The notes beneath the pieces were generated by a model. That model saw only the letters and a list, made by a program, of their open reading frames with translations, ran no database searches and was not told where the DNA came from. The position numbers and the translations under genes were made by a program. DNA of 41,791 bases from Deltaproteobacteria bacterium (GTDB taxonomy: Bacteria; Desulfobacterota; Syntrophobacteria; BM002): assembly GCA_020353155.1 (NCBI GenBank), contig CP070689.1:1239843-1281633 (forward strand), written 5' to 3'. Shown piece by piece: positions 18,433-27,645 of the stretch (the stretch's first letter is position 1; each line of letters starts with the position of its first letter).

Positions 18433-21201
18433 ATGTCTTGGAGCATTATTAGTGTCAACCTATTACGTCTGAAAAAGCACGCCATAATAGCTCTGGGCTT
18501 ACTCTGTATCTATGCAATTTGTGGCTTTCTAGTAGCGCCTGCAATCATCAAATACAAAGCACCAGCAATCATTACCGAGCAGTTGGGTCGAAAAGCCACG
18601 GTAGAGCAAGTTAGGCTCAATCCGTTCGTGCTTTCACTCACTGTCAGAGGCTTCGAGCTCGAGGAGCCAAATGGCGAGCCCTTCGCCGGCTTTGAAGAAT
18701 TCTATGTCAATTTCCAGCTATCCTCCCTTTTTCGCCTGGCCTTCACCTTCGCCGATGTCAGCTTGATTGCACCCTACGGGCATGTGAAGATCTTGGCAGA
18801 CGGTAAGCTCAATTTTTCAGATCTCCTTGCCAAAATGGCACGGGAGGAATCCCCGCAAGATCCAAGTGGCGAGTTGCCTCCTGTAAGAATCCAACGATTG
18901 CACATCGACGGGGGACGATTAGTCTTCAGTGATCTGTCCATGCCCACCCCCTACGAAGAGAAGATTTTTCCCATACAACTTACTTTGAACAATTTCAACA
19001 CCCGTAAGGAAGCCAATAGCCCCTATAGTTTCACTGCCTCCTTAGGTGAAAGCGCGGTTATTAGCTGGGAGGGAGATCTCTCGGTTACCCCCTTACGGTC
19101 GCAAGGAAGGTTTGCGATCAACAAAGGAGATACAGTCGATCTGTGGAAGTACATTCAGGATTACGTCAATTTTAAACTGACTAGCGGCAAAGTGGATATC
19201 TCCGGCAGTTACATGTTTGCTCTAACTGGTGGTGCTCCAAATATTGAATTGACTGAAGGAGAATTTGAACTCAGTGAGTTGATATTAGTCGTTAAAGAAA
19301 GCGAAAGCATGATCCTCTCGGTACCTTCCCTGTCCATACGTGTTGCCGGGGCAAATTTAATCAACAAGCAGGTTGTGGTTGCTGCGGTTACCTCAAAAGG
19401 GGCAAGGGCTAATGGGTGGCTCTCACCCGATGGCAAGTTCATGCATGAGACGGTTTTTGCCTTGGATGCTCTCGAGGAGAGGTTCGATAATTGGTCGGCA
19501 AGGGGAGATGAACCAAAAGAGGACACCCAGCCTTGGGTCATCAACATTGATGAGGTGAATCTTGAAGACTATGCAGTTTATTTCGAGGACCGTACTCTTA
19601 AGGAACCGAAAAAGATTAACCTAGATTCCATAGAGGTTGACCTAAAGCATTTAAGCAATAAAAAGGGGGCGCAGGCAGAAATTAACGCTGCCCTGAAACT
19701 CAATCAGACTGGAATTGTGGAGGTCAAGGGGCTCGCCACCATTAATCCTGTGTCCGCCGATCTTACCCTGAAGGTGGCTCAGAATCCCGTTAAACCCATG
19801 CAGCCATATGTTGATGCGGTTGCCCCAGTTGAACTGGCGAGTGGCACAACAAATCTCGAGGGCCGGGTATGGTATCAAGCCCTGGGTGGTGATGGACCTA
19901 AAATTCGTTTTGAGGGCCAGGCTGATATTGAAAATCTCAGGACATTTGATCGCAGTAAATCAGAGGATCTTTATTCCCTTAAGAAATTGGCGATCAAAGG
20001 ACTGGCACTTGATCTTGATCCTAACAAGCTGAGAGTGTCTGAAGTTTTTCTGAGCCAACCTGATTTCAAGGTCGCTATCTGGCCCGATGGAAAAATCAAT
20101 GTGGCAACCATTTTATCCATGAAGGATGATTCCACCAAGGAAGCGGAGAACGGCAAGAAGGTGGAAACACTTTTAGATAAGGTGGTTAAATATATCACTC
20201 TCCAAATAGAAGGACCCATGCCAATCACCGTCGATACTGTCCGGGTTGAAAAGGGCGCGGTAGATTTTTCCGACCTTTTTGTAAAGCCGAATTTCGCTGC
20301 AGACGTCAGAAACCTCAAGGGAAGGGTAAAAGGTTTGTCCTCCAAGCCTGGGACTCGGGCAGATGTCTTGCTGGAGGGCGAGGTAAACAAATACTCTCCG
20401 GTGAAAATATCCGGCCAGATAAATCCTCTCATCAAAGACAAATATGCTGACCTGGCAATGTCATTCAAAAACTTCGACCTTAGCTCAACCTCCCCTTACT
20501 CAGGTAGGTTTGCTGGTTACACCATCGAAAAAGGTAAGCTATCATTGGATCTGAAATACCAGGTGTCTGAAAACGTTTTCACTGGTGAAAACAGAATTAC
20601 TGTGGAACAACTCACCCTGGGTGAGCGGGTGGAAAGCCCTGATGCCACCAAACTGCCGGTGAGCCTTGCAGTAGCCTTGCTCAAGGATGCCAATGGCAAT
20701 ATTAAACTAGATGTACCCGTGAAGGGTGACATCAACGACCCCCATTTCGACTTTGGCAAGGTTATAGCGCACACTTTGAGTAATACAATCACCAAAGTGG
20801 TGAGTTCTCCTTTTGCCGCCCTCGGCAGTCTTGTTGGAGGAAATGGGGAGGAACTGAGTTATATAGAGTTTGAATTCGGCAGTGCGACCCTTGGTCCAGA
20901 ACAGATCGAAAAACTGGATAAACTTGTCAAGGCACTTCAGGAGCGACCCGGGTTGCGGCTTGAGATTACAGGTAGGGCCGACAAGGAAAATGATCGGTCT
21001 GTACTGACTAAAATTGAAAACCAGGCAGTTGATGATGAAAGGCTGCTACTGCTTGCTCAGGACCGGTCTGGGCAAATTAAGACTCACCTGGTCGAAACCG
21101 GAGGAGTCTCAGCCGAAAGGATATCGCTAAACCGGGAGCAGATACTCGAGTCTTCAGAAGGCGATCACTCCCGGACCAATTTAAATCTCGCGGGTAGTTA
21201 A
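18433..21201 (+). CDS. DUF748 (AsmA-like) protein with a C-terminal OmpA-like region
   Basis: N-terminal TM anchor; VRLNPFVLSLT, SPYSGRFAGYTIEKGKL, LPVSLAVALLKD.NG.I.LDVPV.GDINDP.F and L.ERP.LRLEI.G motifs. Confidence 0.88.
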   Translation: MSWSIISVNLLRLKKHAIIALGLLCIYAICGFLVAPAIIKYKAPAIITEQLGRKATVEQVRLNPFVLSLTVRGFELEEPNGEPFAGFEEFYVNFQLSSLFRLAFTFADVSLIAPYGHVKILADGKLNFSDLLAKMAREESPQDPSGELPPVRIQRLHIDGGRLVFSDLSMPTPYEEKIFPIQLTLNNFNTRKEANSPYSFTASLGESAVISWEGDLSVTPLRSQGRFAINKGDTVDLWKYIQDYVNFKLTSGKVDISGSYMFALTGGAPNIELTEGEFELSELILVVKESESMILSVPSLSIRVAGANLINKQVVVAAVTSKGARANGWLSPDGKFMHETVFALDALEERFDNWSARGDEPKEDTQPWVINIDEVNLEDYAVYFEDRTLKEPKKINLDSIEVDLKHLSNKKGAQAEINAALKLNQTGIVEVKGLATINPVSADLTLKVAQNPVKPMQPYVDAVAPVELASGTTNLEGRVWYQALGGDGPKIRFEGQADIENLRTFDRSKSEDLYSLKKLAIKGLALDLDPNKLRVSEVFLSQPDFKVAIWPDGKINVATILSMKDDSTKEAENGKKVETLLDKVVKYITLQIEGPMPITVDTVRVEKGAVDFSDLFVKPNFAADVRNLKGRVKGLSSKPGTRADVLLEGEVNKYSPVKISGQINPLIKDKYADLAMSFKNFDLSSTSPYSGRFAGYTIEKGKLSLDLKYQVSENVFTGENRITVEQLTLGERVESPDATKLPVSLAVALLKDANGNIKLDVPVKGDINDPHFDFGKVIAHTLSNTITKVVSSPFAALGSLVGGNGEELSYIEFEFGSATLGPEQIEKLDKLVKALQERPGLRLEITGRADKENDRSVLTKIENQAVDDERLLLLAQDRSGQIKTHLVETGGVSAERISLNREQILESSEGDHSRTNLNLAGS

Positions 21202-21217
21202 TGGCAAAGATGTGATT

Positions 21218-21613
21218 ATGGACAACGAGGAGCTTATCGAAAAACTGGCCCACGAGGTGGCCGAGTGGGAATATTCAACCTATTATTTGGAGAAGGAAGA
21301 ACTCTTCGACCTCGAAGGTTTTTTACTGGACCACCATGCTCATGCTCTTAAAGAAGAGCTTGAAGAGACTTACGGTAGACCTCTCAACGAAAAGTTCTGG
21401 GTCGGCTCCCTCGCCTACCAACGGCTGAAAAGAACGCGGGAGGTAGTAAAAGAAATGGATGCCGAGCAGGAAAGGAAGCGAGAGGAGTTTGCTGAGTCGC
21501 TAGTGGAAAACAAGAAGGCCCGAGAACAACTATTGAGAGATTTGAGAGCAAGTCAGCGGAGAAGTCAACTTAGAGTCATTCCTGGTGGGCAGAGCAATTC
21601 CTCAAAAAAATAA
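21218..21613 (+). CDS. Hypothetical acidic/coiled-coil protein
   Basis: Closely follows the DUF748 gene; protein-like composition; C-terminal LRVIPGG. Confidence 0.7.
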   Translation: MDNEELIEKLAHEVAEWEYSTYYLEKEELFDLEGFLLDHHAHALKEELEETYGRPLNEKFWVGSLAYQRLKRTREVVKEMDAEQERKREEFAESLVENKKAREQLLRDLRASQRRSQLRVIPGGQSNSSKK

Positions 21614-21688
21614 CCTCCCCAATCCAAAACCCCATAAGTACACCCTCCTCTCCCTATAGGTAAAAAATTAGCCTCACCTCATTAACCA

Positions 21689-21725
21689 CTCTTTCCCCTC
21701 CCCCTTTACAGGGGAGGGGAAAGAG
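21689..21725. terminator. Perfect 15-bp hairpin between convergent genes (REP-like / bidirectional terminator)
   Basis: CTCTTTCCCCTCCCC-CTTTACA-GGGGAGGGGAAAGAG. Confidence 0.7.
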
Positions 21726-21768
21726 GTTGTCGGACAGTCTCTACAGAGGAATCGTATAGAGGTGAGTT

Positions 21769-21990
21769 TTACTTGATTGCACTGGGCTGACAAAGTTGAT
21801 CCGGCTCCATGGCGACCCTGCCGCAACCCGAGCAGGAATACTTCATGGCTGCCAGTTTGTCCCTGCACATGTGTTTGGTATCCGTCTCCGGCGTGCCGCA
21901 AAAGCTGCACTTGGACGCCTCTCCGCAGGGATTGCATAAATGTCCAGGTTCACTTGCAACGGCTCCGCAATTTTTACAGGTGTAAGCCAT
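21769..21990 (-). CDS. Small protein with three CxxCG-x7-[HQ]xC repeats (putative metal-binding)
   Basis: CKNCG..HLC, CSFCG..HMC, CSGCG..QLC; AAGGAG RBS. Confidence 0.85.
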   Translation of the reverse strand: MAYTCKNCGAVASEPGHLCNPCGEASKCSFCGTPETDTKHMCRDKLAAMKYSCSGCGRVAMEPDQLCQPSAIK

Positions 21991-22236
21991 ATTTGTTCTC
22001 CTTTTTTATAGTCAGTCGATTTCTTTGAATTGAACTTCCTTTTTATCCATAAGTACTAAGGCAAGAATGTCAACCTCCTTCCGCTCTCAAATCCTCCTCT
22101 CGCCCGCTCTGAACCTCTCGAAGGGCCCCACATCACGTCTCTCTCACGTACTCTCAGCGCTTTGCTTTTGTAACAAAGGACAGCCAGGTTGCGTAATTGG
22201 TTGAAATAGTAAAAAGTTTTCATAAAATAGGTCCTT

Positions 22237-22330
22237 GATGTTGGATGCTTGATTCTTGATGCTCGATGCTGGATACTGGATTTTGATACGCGACTCGAGT
22301 TGAACATCTGATCTGGAATATGGGATCTGT
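22237..22330. repeat. GATGCTG-type heptamer array
   Basis: GATGTTG GATGCTT GATTCTT GATGCTC GATGCTG GATACTG GATTTT. Confidence 0.8.
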
Positions 22331-22541
22331 TTTGTAATAACTTTTGCGAATTCTCTGGCCGTTGACCCTATGCCTCAGTCTGCAATCAAAGTTCTGCCCT
22401 TTTTCAATGCGAATTACATATTTATAATTGCAACTTGAGATTAAAATAATAGCAGTGGTAAGTAAAAATAAAAAATTGGAAATCATAACTTTAAGTGGTA
22501 AATACAATGCTAAATACAAAATCATAAATGAGAAATGACAA

Positions 22542-23537
22542 ATGCAAAATGATAATTTACTTGTGCTTCCGACTCCTCCGCGAAAAATCATCCTGTTATT
22601 CTTACTAACTGCGTGGCTTACAAGCTGTGCTCCAACAAAGAATGTATGGTATCAGGAAGACATTTCAAGCGTGATGATGCATACCGACCTTGAATCATGC
22701 ACAACTGACCCCCAGGATGATAGGAGGCTGGCTTACTGCATGCGGGCCAAGGGCTACCTGCAAATCTCCCAACCCCAGGCGGAACTGCTATCTGTGAGGT
22801 CTCTGGAGGAAGAGGGGTTGGATGCTGAAGAAATTGCCCAGAGCCTGCAATGGAGCAGGAGAAAAGTCTTGCTCTACCTGGACGAAGATTATGATCTGCC
22901 CCGTACTGCTTCCCTCGGTCGGCAACCCGTAGAAATCGCAATGAAAATAGGCAAAGCGGCAGTGAGGCCTCTAATATATGACCTTAAAGACCGTGATCCT
23001 CTAGTGCGAAGTAATTCGGTAAAGGCTTTGGGCGCAATTCAGGACCCTAGGGCAGTGGAGCCTCTAATTAAGGTGCTGAAAGACAAAGATCCTCTCATTC
23101 AAAGACAGGCGGTACAAGCGCTCGGAAGGATCAATGACCCTCGGGCGGTAGAACCCCTGATTGTTGTTCTGGAGGATAGAAGAAGAAGACCCTATGTACG
23201 AATGAGCGCGGCAGAAGCCCTGGGTTCACTGGGAGATCCCAGGGCAGTGGAAGCTTTGATTGTGGCCCTCGAGGACGAACACTGGGAAGTGAGAAGTCAC
23301 GCTGCTGAGGCGCTGGGTAGGATTCAGGATCCCCTTGCAGTAGAACCGCTTATTGGTGCATTGAAGGACCAGGATGTCACAGTGAGGGGTAATGCGGTGG
23401 ACGCACTGGCCAAGATCAGGGATCCCCGCGCTCTAGAACCTCTGTCTGCAGCCCTGACAGACAAGAGCAGAATGGTTCGCCAGAAAGCTGGTCGAGCATT
23501 GACATTGATTGCTGGGGAAGACTTCAGCGACCGCTAA
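22542..23537 (+). CDS. HEAT-repeat (PBS lyase-type) lipoprotein
   Basis: Lipobox LTSC; about six repeats of VR..AA.ALG.I.DPRAVEPLI..L.D; start uncertain because the ATG lies in an AAATGNN array. Confidence 0.88.
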   Translation: MQNDNLLVLPTPPRKIILLFLLTAWLTSCAPTKNVWYQEDISSVMMHTDLESCTTDPQDDRRLAYCMRAKGYLQISQPQAELLSVRSLEEEGLDAEEIAQSLQWSRRKVLLYLDEDYDLPRTASLGRQPVEIAMKIGKAAVRPLIYDLKDRDPLVRSNSVKALGAIQDPRAVEPLIKVLKDKDPLIQRQAVQALGRINDPRAVEPLIVVLEDRRRRPYVRMSAAEALGSLGDPRAVEALIVALEDEHWEVRSHAAEALGRIQDPLAVEPLIGALKDQDVTVRGNAVDALAKIRDPRALEPLSAALTDKSRMVRQKAGRALTLIAGEDFSDR

Positions 23538-23556
23538 GAACCCCAGAGGAAGTTGC

Positions 23557-24588
23557 TCAAGCAGTCTTGCTCTCTGCCAAGTACTGCTCACCTTTTGCGG
23601 CGATCTTGTATTCGGGAGGTCTGCCAACTTCAACAGATATGTTTATGTATGCTTGTTCCTTGAGAACATCCAGATAAGGTTCTAATTTGGGGCCAACTAT
23701 ACCCAGTAAATCTGACAAATCTTCCAAGGGATATCCCGTGTCCCCGGCTTCAGAAAGGAGCGTGAGAACTCTCTTCTGAACGCTCTCCGGTTCAGCTGCT
23801 TCATCTTTCTTCTTGCCACGTTTCTTCTTCTTTTTGATTACAACTCCCGGGGAACTCCGAGGTTTGGGTTTCGGCTCGCTGGTCTCCTTTCTATCCCTCA
23901 ATCTCTCTTCAATAGCGCCATCTATTTCCTCATCTAACCCTTCCTCGACCAGCTGTATCTCCGGGGGCGTCTCATCAACCTTCTTTGCCTTTTCGCTTGC
24001 CACAGATGCAGTATAATCTTGGCCCGCCGTTGGAGCAGTTTCAGCTCCAGCCCGAACTTCAACCTGCCCTTCACTTATATGAACGGCTGGAATTTCTCTA
24101 TCGCTGGCTTGAGCTGATGATGCAATCGATACCAGAGTAGCGCGCAACTCGGCTTTCATGGTGTCATAGGAGAGTCTTGGAAGTCGCTTGATGCCGAATC
24201 GTTTTGCCAAGTCGTTGAAGAGCTGCTCCATAAAATCTTCATTTTCAACCTCCAACACGTCGAAGGTGCGAAGGTGTGGCGGGAGACCAACCTTGTTCAA
24301 ACCCGAGTGGCAGATACAAGTTATCGCTATACTCTTGGTCCAGGCGCAGCCGAATTCAAAGTGTATCCACGGTTGACGGATTGATTTCGGGCTACATATT
24401 ACCAAAAGGAGCTCGGCACTGGTCAGTGAACCATCCAGTTCCACCAGCCATTTATCTCCCACCCCCCTCTCGCCAGAATTGCTGCTAAGGAACACTTCAA
24501 ATTGTCCAAGGAAGGTAGATTCAATGAAGTCCTTCAGAAGTAAAGCAAACAAGGCCTCGTCTGAAACATGGCTGATCAATATCTTCAA
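23557..24588 (-). CDS. TIR-domain protein with a disordered linker and C-terminal winged-helix-like domain
   Basis: ILISH..D, VFLSS, GDKW and ICSPKSIRQPWIHFEFG (TIR, Glu retained); C-terminal LEDLSDLLGI..LEPYLDVLKEQAYI..YKIAAKGEQYL; GGAGG RBS before TTG. Confidence 0.85.
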   Translation of the reverse strand: MKILISHVSDEALFALLLKDFIESTFLGQFEVFLSSNSGERGVGDKWLVELDGSLTSAELLLVICSPKSIRQPWIHFEFGCAWTKSIAITCICHSGLNKVGLPPHLRTFDVLEVENEDFMEQLFNDLAKRFGIKRLPRLSYDTMKAELRATLVSIASSAQASDREIPAVHISEGQVEVRAGAETAPTAGQDYTASVASEKAKKVDETPPEIQLVEEGLDEEIDGAIEERLRDRKETSEPKPKPRSSPGVVIKKKKKRGKKKDEAAEPESVQKRVLTLLSEAGDTGYPLEDLSDLLGIVGPKLEPYLDVLKEQAYINISVEVGRPPEYKIAAKGEQYLAESKTA

Positions 24589-24634
24589 TTCTTCATTCCT
24601 CCCAAGATTTTTTTCTCTTCAACCACGTACACTT

Positions 24635-24651
24635 AGCACGACTCGTGCCAA
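24635..24651 (-). promoter_or_regulatory. sigma54 promoter upstream of the TIR gene
   Basis: Minus strand TTGGCAC-GAGTC-GTGCT. Confidence 0.72.
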
Positions 24652-24685
24652 AAATGGTCAAAGAGGGAGTCATGGGTTAGCCCAT

Positions 24686-24716
24686 AAAAAAAGCCATGCC
24701 CAAATGGCATGGCTTT
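24686..24716 (-). terminator. Intrinsic terminator after the flavodoxin gene
   Basis: Minus strand AAAGCCATGCC-ATTTG-GGCATGGCTTTTTTT. Confidence 0.88.
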
Positions 24717-24768
24717 AACACCAAGGCTTATTGCAACACCCACAAGGCTCTGGGTTTTCAGCACCCTC

Positions 24769-25212
24769 CTAACCCAGTTGCTCGCAGATGCCCTTTCCAT
24801 AATCCTGGCAGGCGCGCAAACCTTCTGCGCCCTCAACAAGGCCCTCCTTCAAATTGAACGAACCTAGATGGGTCATCTTCATCCTGAACACGTGCTCCAT
24901 GGTGTCGAAAATTATCGCGGGCGCATCTCCGCTATGGGTATATGAACCAAATGCGCCGCCTACCTTGCCTTCTAGGTTTGCCTTTTGGGCCAAGAAAAGA
25001 AATGTCTTCATCGTACCGATCATGTCCCTGTGGTAGGTGGGGGAACCCAGGACATAGGCATCATAGCCTTGCAATTCTGCCTCGCTCTTGATTTGGGTAA
25101 TCTTTTTGAGTTCCGCCTCGTGACCTGCCATGCGGATTCCTTCTGCAATAGACTCAGCCATTTTTTCCGTTTTGCCAGTCCTGCTGTCGTAGGCAATCAG
25201 TACCTTCTTCAT
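24769..25212 (-). CDS. Flavodoxin-domain protein (FprA C-terminal-like)
   Basis: YDSRTGKTEKMA, GSPTY and GAFGSYTHSG motifs; AAGGAGG RBS. Confidence 0.92.
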   Translation of the reverse strand: MKKVLIAYDSRTGKTEKMAESIAEGIRMAGHEAELKKITQIKSEAELQGYDAYVLGSPTYHRDMIGTMKTFLFLAQKANLEGKVGGAFGSYTHSGDAPAIIFDTMEHVFRMKMTHLGSFNLKEGLVEGAEGLRACQDYGKGICEQLG

Positions 25213-25229
25213 GTCGAAACCTCCTTTGC

Positions 25230-25308
25230 GATTTTAGATCAAAGAGTGCAGATTACAGATTTAAGAACTGGTAATTGTATTCGAAATCTTAAATCTGAAA
25301 TTTTAAAT
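25230..25308. repeat. Mirror-image heptamer element (GATTTNA / AAATCTN)
   Basis: GATTTTA GATCAAA GAGTGCA GATTACA GATTTAA ... AAATCTT AAATCTG AAATTTT AAATT. Confidence 0.7.
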
Positions 25309-25520
25309 TAGCCTAGGATCTTGAGTTTGCCATGCCAAGCACACCGGTTGCAGTATGTCTCCGTCTCTTGGTCTACTTCTGGCAAATCGGATTCATCCAC
25401 TTCCGAGCTGAATATCATTTTTCCTTCTGACAGATCAAATTCGTAGATTTCATATGGATCTGTGGGGTCTTTGGCATAGAAACTATTCGAGCCGCAAAGT
25501 GGGCATTTTAACTCGGCCAT
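25308..25520 (-). CDS. Small acidic zinc-ribbon-like protein
   Basis: CPLCG ... YCNRCAWHG; AGGAG RBS. Confidence 0.82.
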   Translation of the reverse strand: MAELKCPLCGSNSFYAKDPTDPYEIYEFDLSEGKMIFSSEVDESDLPEVDQETETYCNRCAWHGKLKILG

Positions 25521-25567
25521 TTCCCGCTCCTAAATTTCACCACTAGAATTTTTATTAATACCACCTA

Positions 25568-25826
25568 ATCAGGATTCATGCCAAGGGCACTTCCCAAAGT
25601 AAATTAAAATAAATTAAGTAATATTAAGTGTTTAAATTAAAATACCAAAATTGATCCCGAGTGTACTACCCACAGACAATGAGACATATTTGAGACACTT
25701 TAGACTTGTTACATAACCGAAAAATTTATCTTATTGAGATTAAAAACAATTTAAGTGGACTACAAAAGCAGATAATCCCAAGTGTATCACATTAATTTAT
25801 GAAACATATATGTCTCATGAGACATA
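25568..25826 (-). promoter_or_regulatory. Variant sigma54 promoter with AT-rich spacer and TGAGACA-containing upstream sites
   Basis: Minus strand TTGGCAT-GAATC-CTGAT (25584-25568); TGAGACA at 25680 and 25691; perfect palindrome TATGTCTCATGAGACATA at 25809-25826. Confidence 0.55.
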
Positions 25827-25907
25827 CAAAGACAATTTAGTCCCCCACTGTCTGCCTGGTTAAAGGAAGGGAACAGCCGGATCGATTGAGATATCTTCTC
25901 TAGCTCA

Positions 25908-26147
25908 TCATTTGCCAATAGTAATACCCTCTTTCTCATAAAGATCTTTAACTCCGGCTTTTACCAGGGCGGGGTTGAGAAGGAGTTTATATTTCTTCGA
26001 TCCTCTTGCATTCACAAAGGTATCTTTGAAAGTGAGATCCACTTTCTTCAATATCTTTATATTGCTATCAAGCAAAATAAAGTGATAGTTCAAGCTTCCA
26101 AAAGCCAAGACCGCCAGAATAGCCACTACCGCGGCAATTTTTTTCAC
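25908..26147 (-). CDS. Small membrane-anchored hypothetical protein
   Basis: GGAGGTG RBS; N-terminal hydrophobic helix, then YHFI..K..LTFKDTFVNAR. Confidence 0.78.
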   Translation of the reverse strand: MKKIAAVVAILAVLAFGSLNYHFILLDSNIKILKKVDLTFKDTFVNARGSKKYKLLLNPALVKAGVKDLYEKEGITIGK

Positions 26148-26253
26148 AATACACCTCCATCAGCGAAGCCTTCAGGCAGAAACTCCACGACGGCTGGGCT
26201 CCCCTGCTCTCTGGTAAATCTCGGTACCGGCACGGGAGAGAAAAAATGAGGAC

Positions 26254-27645
26254 CTAATGACTTTCATCTGCAGAAGCCTTCTGCCTCTCGGATTTTTGAG
26301 AGACCAAGATAACACTAGAGGGCTCTGCCAGGGCAAACTCCTTGACAGTAAGACCCCTGAGTTCTTTAGCCATGGCCTGGTCGAGATCGTTGATCACCTG
26401 GTCCACAACAAATTCAGCTGGAAGGTCGTTAAAACTGGAGTTGTGCGGTTCATCGGCTGTGCGAACTGCATCGAGAACTTCCTTTATTTCCGTTGTATCC
26501 AAGGGCCGCCCGGGTAAATAGGTAGGGGGATCCGTTGCGGCACTGGCGAGTATTCGCTTGTTTTCAAGGGATTCGATGATGGGCTCCAGAACATCGGCGG
26601 GCACATGCAGTTGCTGAGCGAGATCGTCAAGGCTCCACTCCGGGCCGTTGTGATAGTGGTTTTGCCCCACCATGAACATTACCAAGAGCGAAAGCCTTTC
26701 CTTAAGCCGATTACTCAACCGCAGACGCCGCCGCTCGGGCGTCAGAGACTCTGGATGCTGGTGATAGTAGGCAATGTTTGCACCCACCAGGAGAATCAGC
26801 CAGCTCAAATACACCCAGAGCATGAACATAATGAGGATGGCAAAACCGGAATAAATTGCTGTGTATTTGGTAGAGCTGGCTACAAATGAAGCAAAACCCC
26901 AACCCGTAACCTCCCAGAGAACACCTGCGGTGATTCCGCCGATTAAAGCAGAGATGAACTGAACTTTTTTGTTTGGCACTAATACATAAAAGAAGGTAAA
27001 CGCCGTAATGATCAACAGGTAGGGGAGCAAATGACTTCCTATCTGTAAAAAACTACCGAAGGGCTCGATGGCCACCAACTTTTGAACTACTGCCGTGCTC
27101 GTCAGAGTGGCTGTGATGCCGAGAGCAGTAAATATTAGGACCGGGCCTATTAAAATGATGCTCAAGTAGTCGCTGAACCTCTGGGCAAATGGCCTGCTCC
27201 GCTTGACTCGCCAGGTGTAATTGAAAGCCGATTCAATTTTCTGAATCAGTGAGATAACCGTATAGACTAAAAGGGCCACACCCAGAGAACCCAAAACTCC
27301 TGCTTTTACATTGTCCACAAACCCTATGATCCGTGAACTGATCTCGACCCCTCTCTCTCCTAAGGGGCTCAGGAAGTTCAACAGCAGGGGTTCTATCTGA
27401 TTGTGCACTCCAAAGCCTTTAAGCACGGAAAAGCTAACAGCAAGCAAGGGCACCAGGGCAAGCAAGGTGGTATACACCAAGCTCATGGCTCGGAGTGTTA
27501 GTTGCCCGTCCACAACATCCCGCACGACAACATAGCAAATCTGGACCGATTTCGTCAGCCAGGCCTGCCACCAGGGCAAGGCTGATAATTCTCGTTCCCA
27601 TATTAGTTTCTTCAGATAAACACCGATTTTAGTTTTATATGGCAT
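26254..27645 (-). CDS. YihY/BrkB-family inner membrane protein with a C-terminal Rrf2-like HTH
   Basis: RAMSLVYTTLLALVPLLA, IESAFNYTW, YTAIYSGFA and W.Y.SW.I.L.GA motifs. Confidence 0.92.
   Translation of the reverse strand: MPYKTKIGVYLKKLIWERELSALPWWQAWLTKSVQICYVVVRDVVDGQLTLRAMSLVYTTLLALVPLLAVSFSVLKGFGVHNQIEPLLLNFLSPLGERGVEISSRIIGFVDNVKAGVLGSLGVALLVYTVISLIQKIESAFNYTWRVKRSRPFAQRFSDYLSIILIGPVLIFTALGITATLTSTAVVQKLVAIEPFGSFLQIGSHLLPYLLIITAFTFFYVLVPNKKVQFISALIGGITAGVLWEVTGWGFASFVASSTKYTAIYSGFAILIMFMLWVYLSWLILLVGANIAYYHQHPESLTPERRRLRLSNRLKERLSLLVMFMVGQNHYHNGPEWSLDDLAQQLHVPADVLEPIIESLENKRILASAATDPPTYLPGRPLDTTEIKEVLDAVRTADEPHNSSFNDLPAEFVVDQVINDLDQAMAKELRGLTVKEFALAEPSSVILVSQKSERQKASADESH

Noticed and set aside
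22220-22591. 123-aa minus-strand ORF (and 22056..22307)
   Set aside because: Translation of AT-rich DNA and heptamer arrays (SSIEHQESSIQHQ); overlaps the HEAT gene start; no RBS or family motif.
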